Below, one piece after another: positions 50,833 through 64,000 of a stretch of 64,000 nt of DNA (its first letter is position 1; every line of letters starts with the position of its first letter). Source of the DNA: Amoebidium appalachense (lineage: Eukaryota; Protista; Ichthyosporea); assembly GCA_963693365.1 (NCBI GenBank), contig CAVNZM010000004.1, positions 3,184,389-3,248,388 on the forward strand, written 5' to 3'. The position numbers and the translations under genes were made by a program. The notes under the pieces were generated by a model. It searched no databases and was not told the DNA's origin. It worked only from the letters and a program-made list of their open reading frames with translations.

Positions 50833-52127
50833 TGTGCCGGCAGGCAATGGACTCGGACGTTGGTTCGGATTATTATAATTGTTCTCTGCACCTATAAGTT
50901 TGGATGCTATGAACACTGTGTATTGAATGGCGTATCAGTCAGGGAATAATCTTTCCTATTTATGCGGTACTAGTGGGCTAGGGAATGGCCATCATACGTG
51001 GTGATGCCATGCATGCATGGCCAACAAATTGAGCAACCGTGTGCACGTGTGTGACCTGCTTTGGCATGTTCATACGTATCCATATATGTGTGAATGCAAC
51101 GGAGCATATTATGTAGGGCTCGTGTCCAACCTGAGCCTGTCACAAGTTGACATGTAATCCAGTAAGTTCATCTCTACTACAGGCTGGAGCTGCGAAACAA
51201 TACCTTCCGAAGCGCGAAAATAAGAACAATTTTCGTGCGAGCTGGTCTTGCAATGTGCGATAACTTGGCAACCGGAAATGTGGTCCCTTCACAATCTTCC
51301 ACAACTCGCGGGTTCAACCAGAAAGGCAGGGGTTATTTCAGTTTGAAGACTCCGTTTTTACAGCAGTGCGGTGCCTCTTGTTGGATACGTGCCCACGCCC
51401 GCATCACGTGCATATGTAGCTGGTCTGGACAGGGAACATCATAGGCCACCCAGTCACGGATTTTCGCCGTACATGTCAGAAATTCGAAAATGTTGGGGGA
51501 CGTTCAACTTTAGTGGAAGACTAGTTGTCAGGTGTTTTCAGGTATACGGGTTCCCAACAGGAGACTGTCGCTTTGACAACCAAACCATGACCTCTCCCGC
51601 AGACACGTGCACACCTATTCATTTCTGCGGGCTAACCAGCTCTGTCGTGGTGCTGCTGAATGAATGTGCAATGCAATGCATATGTGATTTTCCCCAAAAT
51701 CGGGGGGTACGCCTGAGCCACTCGATCGCGGTGTTCCACTTGCAAATAACAGCGATTGGTATAGAAGGAAAGCATTTACGCAGCCAATTTTTACGCAGCC
51801 AATGGGACAGCTCTCTCACGCTAGGAATGTGAGTACATCATGATCCACACAGTGTTGATCCCGGCCTCACTGAGAACGGTCGGTCGGCGATGTGTAGCAC
51901 CGCGGGTGACTTGTGTAACGTTATATATATGTAACATTTGTTTTGTATATAAACACAAAAGAAGGAAGCGTGTTGTTCTGTGTTTTCTACAGTTTCGGTG
52001 TGTATTTTTGTACATGGTCTGATCTTTACTTCAACTTTTTGCTGAGGGTCACTCGCAGCGCGTTTTGCGCAAACCATACCGTTAGTCGCCTACTGTAGCC
52101 AAATATGGTACAAAATGGTGTGTGCAA

Positions 52128-52203
52128 CCAATCAGCACCGAGAAAAAAAATGACGACCACGCGCGTTCTGATTGGCTCACCGAGTGGCTCAGCCACCTAT
52201 ATA
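52128..52203. promoter_or_regulatory. Opposed CCAAT boxes plus a TATA-like element upstream of the P4H-like gene
   Basis: aaCCAATcag at 52128, ctgATTGGct at 52171 and TATATA at 52198, ~260-340 bp upstream of the ATG. Confidence 0.4.
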
Positions 52204-52465
52204 GTCTTGAGAAAAGCCACCATTGTACACACTGCATGCTTTCCGTTTTTTGTTTCTCGACTCTTCTTACCTTTTACTGGGTGTACCAAAATAAGAGTAT
52301 ATGTTATACGTATAAACCTTACCTTCTTTCCACCTATTTTGTGAGCAGAAGGCAGGCGTAGGAAGCGAAAGGGTTTTTATTTTCAATCTCGATCGCGATT
52401 TGGTCCCTATTTTATCGAAGGTGTGGTGGCCTCTATTTGTTCTTTGAAGGTTCTTGGCCTGTAAA

Positions 52466-58943
<6,478 letters not shown>

Positions 58944-59562
58944 GGAGTGTGCCGCTCATGTTGTGGCATGAACTACTAAATATGCACACACCACACACGT
59001 CGTGCAGTCACACACACACTCACATTCTCACTCACTCACTCACTCGAACACACACACGCACACACACACACGTGCATGCGTGTGTGCATGTGTTCGTGTG
59101 CCCATGCACAAGAACACATACACGTCGAGGTATACACATCAATGCTAAGTCTTGTGTACTTTCCACAGCTCTGCTTTGTAACGGAGCACAATATTTAGCA
59201 AATCTGCTTCCTGGAGCGTGCATCCATAAATATGCTTCTATGTAGTTGAAAACCGGTTCGTGATCGTAAGACGCCATGCTAAAGACCCAAGTTTTTTTCT
59301 CTGATGCAACGGCGGCATGTGCCGATGAATACCGACTTAAATGTAGAATACCGATTTCTTGACCATGAAAGTTGGATTTAACTGGGTGATAATAAAACCG
59401 CAAACAAAACTTTGTGGGGGCTCAACTGTCTGCAGCGACCTCCTTTTCCCCTTGTCTATTGATGGCATGTGCAACGTCTGCACACATTTTGGCGTCTTTG
59501 AATTACGCAAACGTCCATGTGATTACGCAATTACCAACTTGAAGCTGGGGTGAAAGACCAGT

Positions 59563-59605
<43 letters not shown>

Positions 59606-59772
59606 TCCCTCCCTTCCCCCCCCTCCCTCCCCCTCCTGCCCTTCCCTATACAAACCCGGCGGCCAACCCCCCTTTGGTTTGTTCGTTTTAGGGACACCTG
59701 CAAGTTGGTGGTAGCTAATGTGTGTGTCGTGTACATGTGTGTATGTGTGTGTTACAGTGCAGGGTGTGTGTG

Positions 59773-59845
<73 letters not shown>

Positions 59846-60856
59846 GTGTGTTCAGAGTGTGGGTGCGCGCGTGTGTACATGTGTGTGTTCATGTGTGGAT
59901 GGCGGGCGGGAACACAAGCACGGGTGATATATATTGTTTAGTAAATACAATGGCTATCACTTTTCCCTCAGCTTAGCAAGTGCATAGATATAGTTCGAGT
60001 CAAAACAGAGAACAGCACGCAGCGTGAGTGTGACATTGTGCTAGCGTGGCACTCGACGGGGGCATGCACAGTCATACATAGCTGCGTGCTCTCGTGATAG
60101 GCTTGCCGCCTGCACACACACCCGCGCGCACACGGTTTGAAGAACAAGCCCACGTACTTCCCACGAGCAATAAGGTTTTAGTGCGTGGTTGTGGAGGAAA
60201 CGGCGCAACGGCATAGTGCACGTGGCTGTAATTACACGTGTTCCCGCATGCACGTACGTGTGCCGCACACTGAAAGCATCTACAGGGCTAGTCTCCAAGG
60301 CTATGTACCCACTGGCTTACGTAAGTGGCTGAGCACTGCTACGCCGCGGGAACATACAAGGCATGTTGAGCCCGCCCGCAGGGAGACAGCACTCAAAGTG
60401 ACTATGTACAACTACTACAGGGCACTTCCCCGTCTCCCCGATTGGATGCTGGGATTACTTTATCGCTTTGCGTAAAAATGGGTGCGATCCGATCCAATGA
60501 AACGATATTCTTCAGAGAAATTCATTTGTTTTTGGAGCACATACACACGAGCATGGCGTTAGCTTGTTGTCCTGCGCATGAGCAGCATATGCGTGAGCAC
60601 CATACCACATTCGTGACTTTTCAGTTCAAGGCTTCATAATTTTTCTCGGTTCGTAACAGACAATTGTATCTTTTTTTTTGCCTTTCCCCATTTTTCTGGT
60701 AAGCTTGGAGCTTTTACATACAAGTTACCAGAAAACGGAAAGTGTGATAAACAAACACAGAGTGATCATAGTGGTGGATCAAGGGCAGGGAAGTTACACA
60801 ATACGGTTACCTGGATTAGATGCAACAGAGAATTTACAGAGTAAGAAACACCCATC

Positions 60857-62490
60857 ATGGCTACTCTTTCAGTTACCATTCAGGAGCCGGAGGACTACAA
60901 GGGAGGAGAGTCACAGGAGACACGGGAGAAACGTTATGCACGGTATGAGCAGGTAGTTGCTGCCATGCAGAGCCCCGAGGGAGGGGTAGAGATCAAAGAC
61001 CGCACAAAGTTGCTCAAGACAATCCCCTCTTGCTTTGTGGCAGTAGATGCTATCAACTGGCTCGCTGAAAACCTCAAGTTCTCCAACCGCACAGAGGCGT
61101 TGCTGTTCGCCCAGAAGCTCCTGAAAGAAGGTGTGTATTAAATGGCTGTGGTGTTTAGTTGCCTTCCCTCCTTTGTGTCACGGTGTATACATGCCTGGTA
61201 GATCCACTGCAACACAGATATCCTACCCACCCGGGAATTTGAAAAAAGCTCAACCGTATGCTCTTACGGGGTGTTTGGGTGAACTTTTCTGGGTGGGGGT
61301 GCATGTGATTTATTATTCACAAAGTATCATTCAATATTCCGTAATAGCTTTTTCCATTTTAGTGCAAGGAAATTTTGGATGCTAGATAAATAAAATGGAC
61401 TTTCGTGATAAATACATTTTATAGCAATTCGCTTTCAGAAGGGTAGGTGTGCGAGTCTTGTGCATGTCCATAATTTGGTGGTAATTGATTTGCCCATCCG
61501 ACAACCCCTTACATGCACAGGCTATATCTTCCCTGTTGACGACTACAACCCCATCGTTGACTCCAACGACCAGTATCTCCGCTTCCAGACGCCCTTTTTC
61601 TGGCCCAGCATCAACGGAAACCCTACAGACTACGACTATGCCGTCTACTTGGTCAAGTGCAACCTGCGCAAAGGCGCAAAATCTATGAAGCAGTACGAGC
61701 TGGAAGCCTTTGCCCGTGTGCAGCGCAAACTGCACCGGCGCTGGGAGTTCATCGTCCAGCAGGCCAGCGACCAAATGGCTGCATCCAGTGGGTCGTCTGC
61801 TGAGGTATGGGGAGTTAGGCCGTTTTAGAAAAGAAGTTAGCAATTTTTGGCTTCTGATCTCATATGCGTTATGGAGGGCATCTTGTGGGGGTTGAGGCAC
61901 AATAAGATGCACTTTAAAAATTTTGCTATCTTAAATTCTGAAACACACGGGGAGGGGAGAAAAACTTGACTACACCCAAACACGTTTCTGATGAGTTAGT
62001 GCGCTCGTAATAGATGCTTCTGATCAAGCCCTCATATTCTTCGATTCCCAGCCGGCCTATTGGCCATGCTTGTTGCTCAGTGTTAAACTTTTAAAAACCT
62101 GCAAGTAAAAGAAATATGATAGACACGTGCAACCACAGCACACCATCTTCGACAGTCAAGAGCGGGCCTTCTGGTGGACACACCGCCCACCCCGCAAGCA
62201 GGAGGCCAACCTCAACAAGACTGTGCAGCAGCAGGAGGAGGGCATTGGCCCCGTCGACCCCCGTGCTGCCCGTGCCGTGCTGTGGGCAAAATCCTTGGTC
62301 ACCCTGCTTGCTGATCCAGAGGGCTACAAGCTGTTCAGGTGCAAGAGATATTTTTGCCACCCTCAGCCCTCACGTGTCATGCTATGTTTCCGAGGGCTTC
62401 GGTCACCAAGACGTTTAGCAACCCCACGATTAGATCCCCTTTCCCTCCTCCCTCCCCCTCCCCTCCCCCCTCTCCCTCCCCAACATCACA

Positions 62491-62553
<63 letters not shown>

Positions 62554-62951
62554 CCCCCCTCGCCACCCACGTTCCATCCCTCTTGAAGTTCCTTCCCTGC
62601 GCCGAATTCATCCCCACCTCTCCCACTTAAAATATGGCTCCAAAACTGCTTTGTGCACAACACAATCACAAAAGATTATTGCCTTTCAACTCCCATTTTT
62701 TTGCGCTGTACCTACACCAAAATGCTACGACACACTGAAAAACCACCTTTTATTAGCTACCATTTCCCCAGGCCTCCCTCCTCCCAAAAACCTATATCTC
62801 ATGACTCTTTTGGCCTCTACTTTTTTTCCTCGCCATTATACTTGAGCACGGTATCTCTAAGGGTTATTGCGCACGATGAATCTTTTACTGCACTCCCCAG
62901 CTTCCCCACAAACATACACACTCTCTCTTTCTCTCTTTCTCCCCCCCCCCC

Positions 62952-62992
<41 letters not shown>

Positions 62993-63043
62993 TCTCTCTC
63001 TGTCTCTCTCTCTCTCTCTCTCCCTCCCCCCCCCCCCCCCGTG

Positions 63044-63088
<45 letters not shown>

Positions 63089-63267
63089 ATTCTCACTCTC
63101 TCTCTCCCCCTCCCTCCCTCCCCGTGTTCTCTCCCACCACCCCCCCCCCCACCACCACCACCACCACCACTATCATTCTTCGCCCTAAACCATGGCCCTT
63201 CTTGTACTTTATTCCTTCGGTCCTTAAGTTATCGTTTAATGCGCCTACGAGTTACCAATCAAACACT

Positions 63268-63299
<32 letters not shown>

Positions 63300-63882
63300 C
63301 CCCCAACCACCACCACCACCACAAAAAAAAACAAAAAAAAACAAAAAAACATACACCTCCTCCATCGTACATATCTTTTTTTTTTTTTTTTTGAAGAGAG
63401 AGGGGGGGGGGGGGGGGATGGGGGGCGCAAAACTGTTTTCACCCGCACACACCCAACACCACATCCACATCCACATCTGCACCTCCATCTCTTCAATTTG
63501 CTCCTCCCCTCTCCCCCCTTCCCCATCCCCCTACACTTCTCCCGGGAAACCCATTCCCGGAATTCTTTGCTATGGTTTTCTTTCTCCCTCTAATATGACT
63601 TTAGCGCAACCTTGACTGGTGTACCGGTATCACCACGAATAACAATAATACGGCTGCCACAAAGAACACACATCGAACGCGAGCACAACGAAGAGAACTT
63701 GGACTTCTGGGAGGCCTGCCGCAACCTTGAGTCTGCCGAGCTGCAGGGTGAGGGCCTGGAGAAAGAATCCCGGGCCATCTGGAACCGCTTCCTGGTGCAG
63801 AACACCCCCAACGAAGTCAACATTCCTGCTGCAGTCCGCGACAAGATTGACCGTCTGATGAAGAAGCACCGCTACTCCCTCG
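60857..63882 (+). CDS. R7-family-like regulator of G-protein signalling (DEP + DHEX + RGS, no GGL); 3' end runs out of the window
   Basis: Exons 60857-61130, 61521-61804, 62139-62338, 63665-63882, then an intron to the window end. DEP domain (GVEIKDRTKLLKTIPSCF..DAINWL, GYIFP), RFQTPFFWPS, TDYDYAVYLVK, YELEAF, WEFIVQQA and DSQERAFW match RGS6/7/9/11-type N-termini. RGS box: WAKSLVTLLADPEG, EHNEENLDFWEAC, EVNI. Confidence 0.9.
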
Positions 63883-64000
63883 GTAACTTCCTCCTCCCTC
63901 CCCACCTCCCCCCCCCCCTCCCCACTCCCCCCTCTTCTCTTCCCTCCCCCCCCCCCCTCCTCCTCCTCCTCCTCCCGCCATCCCCCCCCACCCGCACACA

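Overview
Eukaryotic genomic DNA, intron-rich and full of poly-C/poly-G runs and (CA)n/(GT)n microsatellites. Most of the supplied ORFs are artefacts of these repeats. Gene content and style suggest a unicellular opisthokont, possibly an ichthyosporean (inference only). Gene models were built by hand from splice sites and reading-frame continuity. They are: a 32-exon PRP16/DHX38 splicing helicase (-), a divergent pair of secreted Thr/Val-rich proteins with only phase-1 introns, two paralogous secreted 6-Cys/Gly-Met-tail proteins flanking an intronless multipass membrane ORF, a prolyl-4-hydroxylase-like gene lacking both iron-binding His, and the 5' part of an R7-type RGS (DEP-DHEX-RGS) with no GGL domain. 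LINE remnants are also present. The most notable observation is a dispersed intronic element of about 150-290 nt (about 7 copies, all sense to the host gene). It shows compensatory base changes and carries all three hammerhead-ribozyme core strands in a non-circularly-permuted order. Its 5'-truncated copies end in, and insert into, poly-C runs.
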